The position numbers and the translations under genes are program-made. A DNA stretch of 32,000 bases from Acaryochloris marina S15. GTDB taxonomy: Bacteria; Cyanobacteriota; Cyanobacteriia; Thermosynechococcales; Thermosynechococcaceae. This document shows positions 1 through 10,182 of this stretch, one piece after another; positions within the stretch are counted from its first letter, which is position 1, and each line of letters opens with the position of its first letter. Under the pieces are notes generated by a model. It was not told the origin of the DNA, did no database searches, and saw nothing but the letters and a program-made list of their open reading frames with translations. The stretch covers positions 4,890,001 to 4,922,000 of the forward strand of contig NZ_CP064923.1 in assembly GCF_018336915.1 (NCBI RefSeq), given 5' to 3'.

Positions 1-1353
1 GCAGCGGAGGGACTGACCGAAACCCTGAATAAATTAGGGTTTGAAACAGATCGGCTGAAAACCGGAACCCCCGCTCGCGTCGACAAACGGTCTGTGGACT
101 TTAGCGTCATGGAACCTCAGCCCCCGGATCAGCAAGTACGGTGGTTTAGTTTTGATCCTGCCGTTTGGATTGAACGGGAGCAAATGAACTGCTATATCAC
201 CCGCACGACCCCTGAAACCCACAAATTGATTCAGGACAATTTACACCTGTCTCCAGTCTATGGCGGTTGGGTCGATGCCAAAGGCCCCCGCTACTGTCCC
301 AGCATTGAAGATAAAATCGTGCGGTTTGCCGATAAGGCCAGCCATCAGATTTTTATTGAGCCAGAAGGTCGCGATATTCCTGAACTCTATATTCAAGGAT
401 TCTCAACGGGTTTGCCCGAAGCGCTGCAGTTACGGATGTTGAGATCGCTTCCTGGTCTCGAACGTTGTGCCATGCTCCGCCCGGCTTATGCCGTGGAATA
501 TGATTATCTGCCCGCCACCCAGTGTTATCCCACCCTCATGACCAAACGCATTGAAGGTCTCTTCTGTGCGGGACAAATTAATGGCACCACCGGCTATGAA
601 GAAGCGGCTGCCCAGGGCATTGTCGCGGGCATCAATGCCGCTCGATTCGTGAACCAACAGGAAATGATCGTCTTCCCTCGAGCCCAAAGCTATATTGGCA
701 CGCTGATCGACGATCTCTGCACCAAAGACTTACGAGAGCCCTATCGGATGTTGACAGGCCGATCCGAATATCGATTGCTGTTGCGATCAGACAATGCCGA
801 TCAGCGATTGACGCCCTTAGGACGTGAAGTGGGTCTGATTGATGATCGACGCTGGCACTTATTTACCCGTAAGCAGGCCACCATCACAGCTGAAAAAGAA
901 CGGCTCCATGCCACTCGTATTAAGGAGCGTGAGCCAGCAGCCCAGGCCATTGTCCAGGCAACGGGCGAAAAAATCAAAGGATCCATTACTCTGTCAGAGT
1001 TACTGCGTCGCCCCAAGTTTCACTACTGCGATCTTCACCAGCATGGCCTGGGCATAGAGACCCTCGAACGAGCCGAACGCGAAAGTGTCGAAATTGAAAT
1101 CAAATATGCGGGCTATATTCAGCGCCAACAGCGCCAGATTGAGCAGGTGAGTCGGCAAGAGCAGCGTAAGTTACCAGAAAATTTAGACTACGCCAACATC
1201 CAGACATTGTCGATGGAAGCACGGGAGAAATTGGCGAAAGTGCAGCCCCTGACCGTAGGACAGGCATCCCGCATTGGTGGCGTCAATCCTTCAGATATCA
1301 ATGCTTTGCTATTTTATCTAGAAACCTTGGCTCGATTGTCCCCAGTCAGTTAA
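1..1353 (+). CDS. mnmG: tRNA uridine 5-carboxymethylaminomethyl modification enzyme MnmG (GidA), C-terminal ~450 aa; the 5' end lies outside the window
   Basis: Frame 1 is open from base 1 ([34 protein letters not shown]...), so the ORF-track start at 94 is internal. Hallmark MnmG segments are present: [41 protein letters not shown] and C-terminal [14 protein letters not shown]. Confidence 0.93.
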   Translation, partial: AAEGLTETLNKLGFETDRLKTGTPARVDKRSVDFSVMEPQPPDQQVRWFSFDPAVWIEREQMNCYITRTTPETHKLIQDNLHLSPVYGGWVDAKGPRYCPSIEDKIVRFADKASHQIFIEPEGRDIPELYIQGFSTGLPEALQLRMLRSLPGLERCAMLRPAYAVEYDYLPATQCYPTLMTKRIEGLFCAGQINGTTGYEEAAAQGIVAGINAARFVNQQEMIVFPRAQSYIGTLIDDLCTKDLREPYRMLTGRSEYRLLLRSDNADQRLTPLGREVGLIDDRRWHLFTRKQATITAEKERLHATRIKEREPAAQAIVQATGEKIKGSITLSELLRRPKFHYCDLHQHGLGIETLERAERESVEIEIKYAGYIQRQQRQIEQVSRQEQRKLPENLDYANIQTLSMEAREKLAKVQPLTVGQASRIGGVNPSDINALLFYLETLARLSPVS

Positions 1354-1399
1354 AAGCCTGTGATAGGATGTTAAAGTCTTATTGGCAATGAGCCAACAA

Positions 1400-1473
1400 C
1401 GGGATGTAGCGCAGCTTGGTAGCGCGCCTGCTTTGGGAGCAGGATGTCGCAGGTTCGAATCCTGTCATCCCGA
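1400..1473 (+). tRNA. tRNA-Pro (anticodon UGG), no encoded CCA
   Basis: Hand-folded cloverleaf: acceptor CGGGATG/CATCCCG, D arm GCGC-AGCTTGGTA-GCGC, anticodon arm CCTGC-TTTGGGA-GCAGG (anticodon TGG), variable ATGTC, T arm GCAGG-TTCGAAT-CCTGT, discriminator A. Confidence 0.92.
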
Positions 1474-1807
1474 TTTAATCTTTAGAATTAGAGCAGAAAA
1501 GTCTCTGATAGTGAGGGTGATCACCGCAACTCTGAACTATCATGACTTTACTAGATAATGTGATGAAAAAAGGTCTATCTAGACTGTCATCATATCTATC
1601 TCCTGAGTACCCATTCTTTAGGAGTCTACATTGCCACAAACATCAGCAATATAGATTAATCTATGCTGTCAGTTAACGCTTCTGGGTATCAATACACCTT
1701 CAAAAAACTGAGTATTGTTACTCATCCCATATTGAACTGTTTTTAGTGTACAAATCAGTAATAAATGTGATTCATACTCATTAACTGGCTATCCCCAATA
1801 ACCTCAT

Positions 1808-3271
1808 ATGACATTTACGACCTTAACTTTCGTAGTATTTTTACTACTGACCTTTACCAGTTACTGGAAATTAGGAAAAAGGTCATTACAAAATATTTTT
1901 CTGGTTGTTATTAGCTACATTTTTTATGGCTGGTGGGATTATCGCTTTTGCTTTTTATTACTAGCCTCTAGTTCTGTCGATTATTGGATTGGCCTATACC
2001 TAGCTCGAGCAGACTCTGACCGCAAACGGAAACTTTTATTATTCAGCAGTCTATGTATCAATTTAGGGTTACTGGGATTCTTCAAATATTGGAATTTTTT
2101 CTCTCAGAGTTTGGTTGATTCACTCTCCCTAGTGGGATGGAAATTAGACTATGTGGCCCTTAATGTTATTTTGCCCGTTGGCATTAGCTTCTATACCTTC
2201 CAAACCCTGAGTTACACCATCGATATTTATCGGCGTCAACTACAGCCCACCCAAAACTATATTGACTACCTAGCTTACGTTTCCTTCTTTCCTCAACTCG
2301 TAGCTGGCCCGATTGAGCGTGCACCTCACCTACTTCCGCAATTTCTCAACTCCAGGCAGTTTAATTATGAGTTAGCCGTGGATGGATGCCGGCAGATTCT
2401 TTGGGGCCTAGCCAAAAAAATGTTGGTTGCGGACAACCTGGCAGCTATCGTCGACAGCGCATTTGGACAGCCGAGTGAATACCCTGGCCCCCAGCTAGTC
2501 TTTGCGACCATTGCCTTTGCCTTTCAAATTTACTGTGATTTTTCCGCCTACTCTGATATTGCTATTGGCACAGCTCGGCTCTTTGGCTTTGACTTGATGC
2601 GGAATTTTGCCTACCCCTATTTCTCCCAGTCTATGGCTGAATTTTGGCGGCGATGGCATATTTCCTTCTCTTCATGGTTGAGGGACTATGTCTATATTCC
2701 TCTAGGCGGCAGTCGGGTCACCTCCCTCCGCAGAATCGTCAACGTGATGTTGACCTTCTTAATCAGTGGTTTATGGCATGGAGCAGCCTGGAATTTTGTC
2801 ATCTGGGGCGGCATCCATGGTGGCGTCGTGCTCGTAGAAAAGCTGTGGATTCCTGATCAAACCCTGAAAGCAACAGATACCCCCTGCGGAGAGGGGTTAT
2901 TTCCCAAGTTGGGAATTTTGATCAGAGTGCTGATCACCTTCTCCCTCACTTGTCTATCTTGGATCTTCTTCCGAGCTAAAACAATTCAAGATGCTGGCTT
3001 TATGGTGCAGAAGATATTTGTGGATGCACTCCGTCCTGCGGCTTATAAATCTTTCGGAACCATTGTTGCAGATTGCCCCATTGGTAAATGGATTGTTGTG
3101 GTTTTAGCCTGCTTAGTGCTCATTGAATGGCTACAGAGAAGGTATGCCCACCCCTTGGTATTGAAGAAGTTACCCCAAAGTATCAGATGGTCAGCCTATA
3201 CCCTATTGCTGTGGATCACCTTGGCATACGGCACATGGAGTACTGGACAATTTGTATATTTTCAGTTTTAA
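1808..3271 (+). CDS. MBOAT-family membrane O-acyltransferase (AlgI/DltB/PatA-like)
   Basis: 487-aa polytopic protein with family-typical segments FYTFQTLSYTIDIYR, FFPQLVAGPIER, FWRRWHISFSSWLRDYVYIPLGG and GLWHGAAWNFVIWG (contains the conserved His). Confidence 0.88.
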   Translation: MTFTTLTFVVFLLLTFTSYWKLGKRSLQNIFLVVISYIFYGWWDYRFCFLLLASSSVDYWIGLYLARADSDRKRKLLLFSSLCINLGLLGFFKYWNFFSQSLVDSLSLVGWKLDYVALNVILPVGISFYTFQTLSYTIDIYRRQLQPTQNYIDYLAYVSFFPQLVAGPIERAPHLLPQFLNSRQFNYELAVDGCRQILWGLAKKMLVADNLAAIVDSAFGQPSEYPGPQLVFATIAFAFQIYCDFSAYSDIAIGTARLFGFDLMRNFAYPYFSQSMAEFWRRWHISFSSWLRDYVYIPLGGSRVTSLRRIVNVMLTFLISGLWHGAAWNFVIWGGIHGGVVLVEKLWIPDQTLKATDTPCGEGLFPKLGILIRVLITFSLTCLSWIFFRAKTIQDAGFMVQKIFVDALRPAAYKSFGTIVADCPIGKWIVVVLACLVLIEWLQRRYAHPLVLKKLPQSIRWSAYTLLLWITLAYGTWSTGQFVYFQF

Positions 3272-3355
3272 GTACTTGTCAATGATGATTTCAAAGCCTA
3301 ATTACAGTTAGGACTCTCCTAGCCTGACTTATAGATTTATTTAAGTGTTCTCTTA

Positions 3356-4327
3356 ATGAATAAATTTATCTTTCGCCTTCTAAAATTCATATCAGTCCAG
3401 TCTTTAGTTCTGTTAATAGTGCTCGTTTTTTACGTCATGAACCATGACAAAACAGCTAAAACCAACTACTTAGCAGCAACCCTCGATAAACATGCTTTAC
3501 TGGCTAAACAGCAAAAACCTCGGGTAATTTTCCTAGGGGGCTCTAATGTAGCCTTTGGCTTAGATTCTTCACTCATTGGACGTCGCTTAAATCGTAACCC
3601 CGTCAATATGGGTCTACATGCAGCGGTAGGGCTTGAATATATGCTCAACGAAGTGGAGGCCTCCTTGGTAGAAGGAGATATTGTGGTTATTTCGTTTGAA
3701 TATGAGCAATTTTCTAGTCCTTTACCCGACATTCCAGAACGCCTGTATACGGTGATAGAGAATCGTCCCCAGAATCTTCAGTTCGTTCCTTGGTACTATG
3801 CACCCATCATGCTGGACAAAGGCCAGCTCTATCTTGGGGGCGTTATCCGGACAGCGATCAACTCAGTGCTAGGAACCTATGAGATTGATAGAGTTTATCA
3901 ACGCAGTAACTTGAATGAGATCGGTGATGCCACTATCAACAACACCGAAAGTGGGCGAGACTTGACCCAAATCAAAGGGAAACTAACCGTCAATGATGGC
4001 TCAGTGCAAACGGCGATTACCATTTTGAATGAATTTAATCAATCAGCCACCCAAAAAGGAGCCAAGATTTATTATTCCTATCCTTCATTGCTAGACTCTG
4101 TGTTTCGAGATAATGCGGTTGCCATTCACCGCATCGATGATCAACTCAAAAAATCATTAGATTTCCCCCTGTTAGACGGCCCCAAAGATATGGCCTTTAG
4201 CAAAGAGTACTTCTTTGATTCTGAATATCATCTCAATCACAAAGGCACAAAAGTTCGTTCTGAATTAATTTCAAAACAATTATCAAGGCGTTTAGCAGAA
4301 AGTATTGACACCAACAATGGGAGCTGA
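3356..4327 (+). CDS. Membrane-anchored hypothetical protein, possible DltD/AlgJ-like partner of the upstream MBOAT
   Basis: Has an N-terminal hydrophobic anchor (FISVQSLVLLIVLVFYV). The VIFLGGSNVAFGLDS block resembles the block-I Ser motif of DltD/SGNH-like acyl-transfer partners. Its position directly after an MBOAT gene fits this role. The functional call is weak. Confidence 0.45.
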   Translation: MNKFIFRLLKFISVQSLVLLIVLVFYVMNHDKTAKTNYLAATLDKHALLAKQQKPRVIFLGGSNVAFGLDSSLIGRRLNRNPVNMGLHAAVGLEYMLNEVEASLVEGDIVVISFEYEQFSSPLPDIPERLYTVIENRPQNLQFVPWYYAPIMLDKGQLYLGGVIRTAINSVLGTYEIDRVYQRSNLNEIGDATINNTESGRDLTQIKGKLTVNDGSVQTAITILNEFNQSATQKGAKIYYSYPSLLDSVFRDNAVAIHRIDDQLKKSLDFPLLDGPKDMAFSKEYFFDSEYHLNHKGTKVRSELISKQLSRRLAESIDTNNGS

Positions 4328-4384
4328 AGGGTTTAATCTAGACTTGCTATATTTCTCACTTACGAAGGATATTGCCTAGTTACT

Positions 4385-5287
4385 ATGAAGTTTATTCCGT
4401 CAAAAATATGGTTAATCATTCTATTTTTGAGTGGAGTTACCGGTGGGGTGCTTCTGCATAAGTTTCTTTTTAAAGACCGCCTCCAGACGCCTCAAGCCTC
4501 CCAGGCACAAGCATTACCGACTATCCCTGATCCATGGCAAGGAAAAATATCCCTCTATGTTTTAGCTGGGCAATCCAATATGGCGGGCAGAGGCCCGCTG
4601 GATGCTGAGAGTTCAACCACACATCCCCAGGTTTTTGTATTCGGGAATGATTACCGATGGCACCTCGCCAAAGATCCCCTAGATGCTCTAGACGGCCAAG
4701 TTGATCCGATATCCCGAGAAGGCAAGGCTCCGGGGGTGGGTCCCGGTATGACCTTTGCATCAACATTGCTCAAGCATGATGCGGATGCTGTTATTGGTCT
4801 GATTCCCTGTGCTAAGGGGGGGTCAACCATTCAAGAATGGCAACGTAATTTAAGTGAAAACTCTCTCTATGGGTCTTGTCTCAAGCGATTGCGAGCCGCC
4901 TCTTTGATGGGCAAGCTGGAAGGAATATTATTTTTTCAAGGGGAAGCAGATGCTCTGGATCAAAAGCAATTTTCTCACCTCTCTCTATCTCCCCAACAAT
5001 GGTCCAAAAAGTTTGAAAAGTTTGTTGAGAATTTTCGACTAGATACAAAGCAAGAGAACTTACCGATTGTGTTTGCTCAAATTGGGTCCCATGATGCTCC
5101 TGATCTTTTAACAGAGTGGGAAGCCATTAAAAAGCAGCAAGAGAATATTAAATTACCTTATGTATCGATGATTACTACGGATGATTTGGCCCTTCAAGAC
5201 TATGTTCATTACACCACTAAAAGTTATCGTACGATTGGACAGCGATTCGCCAATGCCTATATTAAACTGACTGAGAAGAATCTATGA
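4385..5287 (+). CDS. Sialate O-acetylesterase-like (SASA/DUF303) carbohydrate esterase with an N-terminal anchor or signal
   Basis: YVLAGQSNMAGRG (the GQSNM catalytic-Ser block), CAKGGSTIQEW, LFFQGEADA and a late HYT motif match the SGNH-type sialate O-acetylesterase domain. The N-terminal hydrophobic helix is IWLIILFLSGVTGGVLL. Confidence 0.75.
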   Translation: MKFIPSKIWLIILFLSGVTGGVLLHKFLFKDRLQTPQASQAQALPTIPDPWQGKISLYVLAGQSNMAGRGPLDAESSTTHPQVFVFGNDYRWHLAKDPLDALDGQVDPISREGKAPGVGPGMTFASTLLKHDADAVIGLIPCAKGGSTIQEWQRNLSENSLYGSCLKRLRAASLMGKLEGILFFQGEADALDQKQFSHLSLSPQQWSKKFEKFVENFRLDTKQENLPIVFAQIGSHDAPDLLTEWEAIKKQQENIKLPYVSMITTDDLALQDYVHYTTKSYRTIGQRFANAYIKLTEKNL

Positions 5288-5430
5288 TGTGAATGTCTGA
5301 CAAAATGGGAAATATCAATATATGATTGAAACAATTTTGGATTTTTTAAATAGCCTTTAAATATGTCTTTATCTTGAGTTTTTATTAACCGTTTTAAATC
5401 GATTGTTAGAGTTGTTCATTGAGTGAGCTA

Positions 5431-6231
5431 ATGGAGACAAAACCAAGAATTCCTGTCGCAATTTTATGTGGTGGTAAAGGAACAAGACTCAAAGAAGAAA
5501 CCGAGTTTCGTCCCAAGCCCATGGTCATGGTCGGGGACCGTCCCATGATTTGGCACATCATGAAAATCTATGCTCACTATGGTTTTACGGATTTTCTTCT
5601 CTGCCTTGGCTATAAAGGCGATATGATTCGTGACTATTTCTTTAACTATGATTGGAACCATAGCAATGTCTTATTGGAATTAGGCAATAAAAAAATCACC
5701 AAATTAGATAGCTCCCATGGAGAAGAGAACTGGAGAATCTGGTTAATTGACACTGGCCCTGAAACCATGACTGGGGGACGATTAAAACGTCTATCTCCTT
5801 ATTTCAACGACATTGGTAGTGACTTGTTTATGGGCACCTATGGCGATGGGGTGAGCAACGTTAATATCCAGAAATTGCTGGAGTTCCATAACAGCCATGG
5901 CAAGCTAGCCACCATCACCTCCGTTCGCCCGCCTTCACGTTTTGGTGAGCTTGCCATTGATAACAATTTTGTCAGCTACTTCCAAGAAAAACCCCAAACC
6001 AGCGAAGGCTGGATCAACGGGGGATACTTTGTGTTTCATCGCAAGGTTCTAGATCTAATTCAAGGAGATAGCACCGTTCTGGAAGCCGAGCCCTTTAAAG
6101 CATTAGCGGCATTGGGAGAACTCGCTGTCTATAAACACGATGGATTTTGGCAATGTATGGATACCTATAGAGAACTCGGACTTCTCAATGAGCTATATAC
6201 CTCCAATCAAGCACAGTGGAGGGTTTGGTAA
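5431..6231 (+). CDS. rfbF: Glucose-1-phosphate cytidylyltransferase
   Basis: The N-terminus [24 protein letters not shown] and the overall length are typical of RfbF/DdhA. I prefer the ATG at 5431 over the TTG at 5419 used by the ORF track. Its stop overlaps the next start (TAATG). Confidence 0.9.
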   Translation: METKPRIPVAILCGGKGTRLKEETEFRPKPMVMVGDRPMIWHIMKIYAHYGFTDFLLCLGYKGDMIRDYFFNYDWNHSNVLLELGNKKITKLDSSHGEENWRIWLIDTGPETMTGGRLKRLSPYFNDIGSDLFMGTYGDGVSNVNIQKLLEFHNSHGKLATITSVRPPSRFGELAIDNNFVSYFQEKPQTSEGWINGGYFVFHRKVLDLIQGDSTVLEAEPFKALAALGELAVYKHDGFWQCMDTYRELGLLNELYTSNQAQWRVW

Positions 6232-7214
6232 TGAGTGAATTTTGGCAGGATCGATCGGTATTGATTACGGGTTGCACCGGGCTGTTAGGGAGTTGGATGA
6301 CCCAAGAGCTGGTCGCCCGTGGCGCTCGTGTCGTTGGATTGGTTAGGGATTGGGTCCCTCAGTCTCGCTTGTTTACGGAAGGGCTCTCCGACAAAATTAC
6401 AACGGTTTACGGCGGCATTGAAGATTTAGGGGTTTTGGAGCGGGCTATCAATGAATACGAAGTGGATACAGTATTCCATTTAGCTGCCCAAACCATTGTG
6501 GGGGTTGCCAATCGCGAACCCCTGGGCACCTTTGAAGCCAACATCAAAGGGACATGGAATGTCTTAGAAGCCTGTCGTCGGGTGGGGGGAGTCAGTCGTA
6601 TTGTCGTCGCTTCCAGTGATAAGGCCTATGGTGATCAAGATATCTTGCCCTACGACGAACAAACACCACTCCAAGGCGAGCATCCCTATGATGTGTCCAA
6701 AAGTTGCGCAGATTTACTGTGTCGGACCTACTATGTGACTTACAACCTGCCCGTCTGTATTACCCGCTGCGGGAATTTCTATGGCGGTGGGGACTTGAAT
6801 TTCAATCGAATTGTCCCGGATACCATTCGATCGACGTTGCGTGACAAACCCATTGTGATTCGCAGTGATGGGACTTATATCCGTGACTATTTTTATGTCA
6901 AGGATGGTGTGCTGGCCTACCTTCATCTGGCGGAACAAATGGATCGGCCGGAAATATTGGGTGAGGCCTTTAACTTTAGTAATGAGCTGCAGATTTCAGT
7001 CTTAGAGTTAGTTCATAAAATCCTAAAGTTGATGGGCAAACCTCATCTGGAGCCGACGATTTTGAACCAAGCTCAGAATGAAATCAAGCATCAATATCTC
7101 TCTGCCGCAAAGGCAAGAAAGCTATTAGATTGGAAATCTCCCTATGATTTGGATGCGGCATTATTAGAAACCATTCAGTGGTATACAGCATTTCTTGAGT
7201 CCACTTCTGCTTAG
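6231..7214 (+). CDS. rfbG: CDP-glucose 4,6-dehydratase
   Basis: [19 protein letters not shown] (Rossmann GxxGxxG), an SSDKAYG block, and YDVSK (YxxxK) are typical of RfbG/DdhB extended SDRs. The ATG at 6231 is translationally coupled to rfbF. Confidence 0.9.
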   Translation: MSEFWQDRSVLITGCTGLLGSWMTQELVARGARVVGLVRDWVPQSRLFTEGLSDKITTVYGGIEDLGVLERAINEYEVDTVFHLAAQTIVGVANREPLGTFEANIKGTWNVLEACRRVGGVSRIVVASSDKAYGDQDILPYDEQTPLQGEHPYDVSKSCADLLCRTYYVTYNLPVCITRCGNFYGGGDLNFNRIVPDTIRSTLRDKPIVIRSDGTYIRDYFYVKDGVLAYLHLAEQMDRPEILGEAFNFSNELQISVLELVHKILKLMGKPHLEPTILNQAQNEIKHQYLSAAKARKLLDWKSPYDLDAALLETIQWYTAFLESTSA

Positions 7215-7232
7215 TACTTGTATAGGAAGGAT

Positions 7233-7790
7233 ATGCAACTTCATTCCACCAAAATACCAGGCTGTTTTGAATTAGAATTAAACGTTTTCAAGGATCAGCG
7301 GGGTCGGTTTGTTAAAACCTTTCATGAAGAGATTTTCGCCAGCCACCAGTTAGAAACCCATTTCCCTGAAGCCTATTATTCTTACTCCACCCAAAATGTA
7401 TTGCGGGGCCTCCATTTTCAGATCCCCCCTAAAGATCATACGAAGATGGTTCACTGCGCCCAGGGTGAGATCATAGATGCGGTGGTCGATTTAAGAGTGG
7501 GTTCGCCCACCTATGGGCAATTTGAAGTATTTGAACTCAGCGCCGAAAAAGGCAATTCGGCCTATATCCCCCCCGGCTTAGCCCATGGTTTTTACATTGT
7601 CAGTGAAACCGCCCTCGTGATGTATCAGGTGTCCACGGTATATGCCCCTGGCCATGAACAAGGTCTGTTGTGGAACTCGGCTGAGATTCCCTGGCCGAGT
7701 CCAAATCCGATTATTTCTGAAAAAGATCAAGGATGGAAGACCCTGGCTGACTATGAAAGTCCGTTTGTCTATGAGCCTGCCCACTCATGA
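7233..7790 (+). CDS. RmlC-like sugar-nucleotide 3,5-epimerase (cupin)
   Basis: FKDQRGRFVKTF, RGLHFQ and IPPGLAHGF are canonical dTDP-4-dehydrorhamnose 3,5-epimerase family blocks. The ATG at 7233 is preceded by AGGAAGGA. Confidence 0.82.
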   Translation: MQLHSTKIPGCFELELNVFKDQRGRFVKTFHEEIFASHQLETHFPEAYYSYSTQNVLRGLHFQIPPKDHTKMVHCAQGEIIDAVVDLRVGSPTYGQFEVFELSAEKGNSAYIPPGLAHGFYIVSETALVMYQVSTVYAPGHEQGLLWNSAEIPWPSPNPIISEKDQGWKTLADYESPFVYEPAHS

Positions 7791-8704
7791 CTAATTCCCA
7801 GCCATCACCAACGGTCCTGATTTCCGGAGCCAATGGCTATTTTGGGGGCATAGCCTGTCAGTTTTTTAGAGATCGGTCCTGGACTGTCTTAACGGCAACC
7901 CGCCGCCCAGATGCAGATGTCCCGTTTGATCTCAATCAGCCAGACCAGTTTGCCGCCCAAAAGCTAGAGCAACCTGTTGATGTGTTTATTCATGCGGCCG
8001 CCGCCCATGAAGTGACCTGTCGGGACCAGCCCTATCAAAGCATTTTTCAGAATGTGGCCGGTACCCGGGCCGCCCTGGACTTTTGTGTGGCCAACCACAT
8101 TTCGCGGTTTGTGTACTTATCGACCTTTCATGTCTTTGGCCATCCCACCGGCCGGATTGATGAATCCACGACGCCGTTGCCTGCGAACGACTATGGTTTA
8201 AGTCATTTACAGTCTGAAGATTACTTACGGCTGTACCGCCGAGAGCAGTCTCTACAGACTTTAGTGTTGAGGCCCAGTAATTTTTTTGGTGTGCCGGCGG
8301 ATGTTAAAAGCTGCAACCGCTGGACCTTAACCCCTTTAGGGTTCTGTCAGGCCGCAGTGGAAGAGAAACAGATTGTCTTGAGAACGCCGGGATATCAACG
8401 ACGCAACTTTATTGCGGTCCCAGATATCTGTGGTGCGATCGCAGCCGCGTATCCCCAAATGGACACCCTAGATCTCCTCCATTTGCCAGGGCCAGAAACC
8501 CTCAGTATTCGAGGGCTTGCTCAACTAGTCCAACGGGTGATGCAAGAGCGATTTGATATTGCGATTGATGTCGTCCTGCCGGATGGGGAGCCGATAGAAG
8601 ATACATTTACCTATACCAGCCAAGGATTATCAGCCGTTTATCAACCTCAACTCACCCTAGAAAACTTTGTATTTAAATTGTGTCAACGGTTGTTATCAGT
8701 CTAA
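7787..8704 (+). CDS. NAD(P)-dependent epimerase/dehydratase-family SDR (putative 4-ketoreductase of the CDP-sugar branch)
   Basis: ISGANGYFGG (GxxGxxG). The active-site region DYGLSHLQSE aligns with the usual xYgxSKxxxE block but has His in place of the Lys. An ATGA overlap with the upstream gene indicates coupling. Confidence 0.72.
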   Translation: MTNSQPSPTVLISGANGYFGGIACQFFRDRSWTVLTATRRPDADVPFDLNQPDQFAAQKLEQPVDVFIHAAAAHEVTCRDQPYQSIFQNVAGTRAALDFCVANHISRFVYLSTFHVFGHPTGRIDESTTPLPANDYGLSHLQSEDYLRLYRREQSLQTLVLRPSNFFGVPADVKSCNRWTLTPLGFCQAAVEEKQIVLRTPGYQRRNFIAVPDICGAIAAAYPQMDTLDLLHLPGPETLSIRGLAQLVQRVMQERFDIAIDVVLPDGEPIEDTFTYTSQGLSAVYQPQLTLENFVFKLCQRLLSV

Positions 8705-8781
8705 AGACTGAGCAGCTAGCCCCCTTGGCAATGCTTGTATAGGGACAAGTCAAGGTCGCGATCAGTGGAAAGAAGACAGCC

Positions 8782-9966
8782 ATGGTTTTAGGAACACTCT
8801 CTGGAAATATGCCTGAAACAATCTCTAACGCGTTAAAGCCCATCCTTCGTCCCCTGTTTAGTTGGGCCGTACTCAAGCCTGCGATCGCATATCTGCTCCC
8901 ACGGCAAACCGTGGCTCAGGCTTTTGGCAAGGACCATCCTAAGCATCGGCGCTTCCCCCCGGAGACCATTGATACGCCTGAGATCAAGGATATGCCGCCC
9001 TTTGACGGTCCCTTTGCCTATCTGGAGAGTGAAACCTATACCACCCACGATATTTTCTCAACGGTGTTAGAAAACGTGTTAGTCGAACCGGGCAACGGCA
9101 TCGTCTTAACGCCTTCTCGTAAAGTGATTGCCGAGTCCATGTATCCCCAAATGGACGACATCACGATTTATGGGGCCTTACTCAATAAAAGCTTTATCCG
9201 GCGCCGAATGCTTGAGAAGCCGGTCCAAGAGATTTCGGGGTATGCCAGTATTTATCAAGGATTGCCCAATGGTTACTACCACAAATTTATTGACTTAGTC
9301 CCCCGTTGTTCCCTGCTGAGCCAGCCGGAATATGCAGAGATAGACAATATTCAGCTCCTCTATTCTGATCCTGTGTCGGAGACAGAAACTCTATTAGTCC
9401 CGAAACTGATTCCAGAAAATGTCACATTAACCAAGTTAGAACCCAGTCGGCTTTACCGCGTCGAAAAATTGATTTTGCCGACGTTTCTGACTCAGTTCGG
9501 GTCTGGCTATCTGCCCCAAGCCTATATCCAGCAGCTTCGGCAAGCCATTTTTCCGAAGCGTCCTTCAACCCAAAACAAACGAATTTATATTTCCCGAGCC
9601 CAGTCGGCCAAAGGCCAGAAAAAGCGGCATATTGTTAATGAAGCCGAATTAATTGCAGCCCTCAAACCCTTGGGGTTTGAAATCTATGAGCTGGAAGATT
9701 TCTCCTTAGAAGAGAAAGTTGAACTTTTCTATGACGCTGAAATTGTAGTGGGGGCCTATGGGGGTGGTATCACCCACGTGCTCTTTTCCGAGTCCGTCAA
9801 GATCTTGGAACTGCAGGTCATGGCTAAAACCCAAACCTATTACTATTACTTAGCCAAAGCATTGGGACATGACTATCGCTTCTGGTTCTCGGACAAAGCC
9901 AACAACCGCGAGAACTTTGAAGTTGATATTTCTCAGGTTTTGCAGTTACTAGAAGGTTGGTGTTAA
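8782..9966 (+). CDS. GT61/DUF563-family glycosyltransferase
   Basis: The C-terminal half RIYISRAQSAKGQKKRHIVNEAELIAALKPLGFEIYELEDFSLEEKVELFYDAEIVVGAYGGGITHVLF is the typical DUF563 (EOGT-like) signature. Confidence 0.75.
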   Translation: MVLGTLSGNMPETISNALKPILRPLFSWAVLKPAIAYLLPRQTVAQAFGKDHPKHRRFPPETIDTPEIKDMPPFDGPFAYLESETYTTHDIFSTVLENVLVEPGNGIVLTPSRKVIAESMYPQMDDITIYGALLNKSFIRRRMLEKPVQEISGYASIYQGLPNGYYHKFIDLVPRCSLLSQPEYAEIDNIQLLYSDPVSETETLLVPKLIPENVTLTKLEPSRLYRVEKLILPTFLTQFGSGYLPQAYIQQLRQAIFPKRPSTQNKRIYISRAQSAKGQKKRHIVNEAELIAALKPLGFEIYELEDFSLEEKVELFYDAEIVVGAYGGGITHVLFSESVKILELQVMAKTQTYYYYLAKALGHDYRFWFSDKANNRENFEVDISQVLQLLEGWC

Positions 9967-10182
9967 AACGGAGATGAAGTTATCTAACCCCCAAAAGAAT
10001 AACCCAACCGAAATTGACGAGAGTTGAGAAAAGAGTGAAGTGGCTCCGGCATGAAGGCCATGCACCCCGTTTTCATTCTGTCGGTGTAATGAGCCTTTCT
10101 GACTAAACAGGCTAGGGGTTTTGTACCCACAATAAATAACTCCATAAGATACGCTAGAACTACTAATGAGATATTGATTTCT

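Noticed and set aside
1474-1807. I searched for an integrase gene, att-like direct repeats of the tRNA-Pro 3' end, or transposase remnants next to the tRNA.
   Set aside because: None was found by eye. GGTTCGAATCC recurs at 22945-22955 only as the generic T-loop of tRNA-like unit 1, and the flanking acceptor sequences differ.
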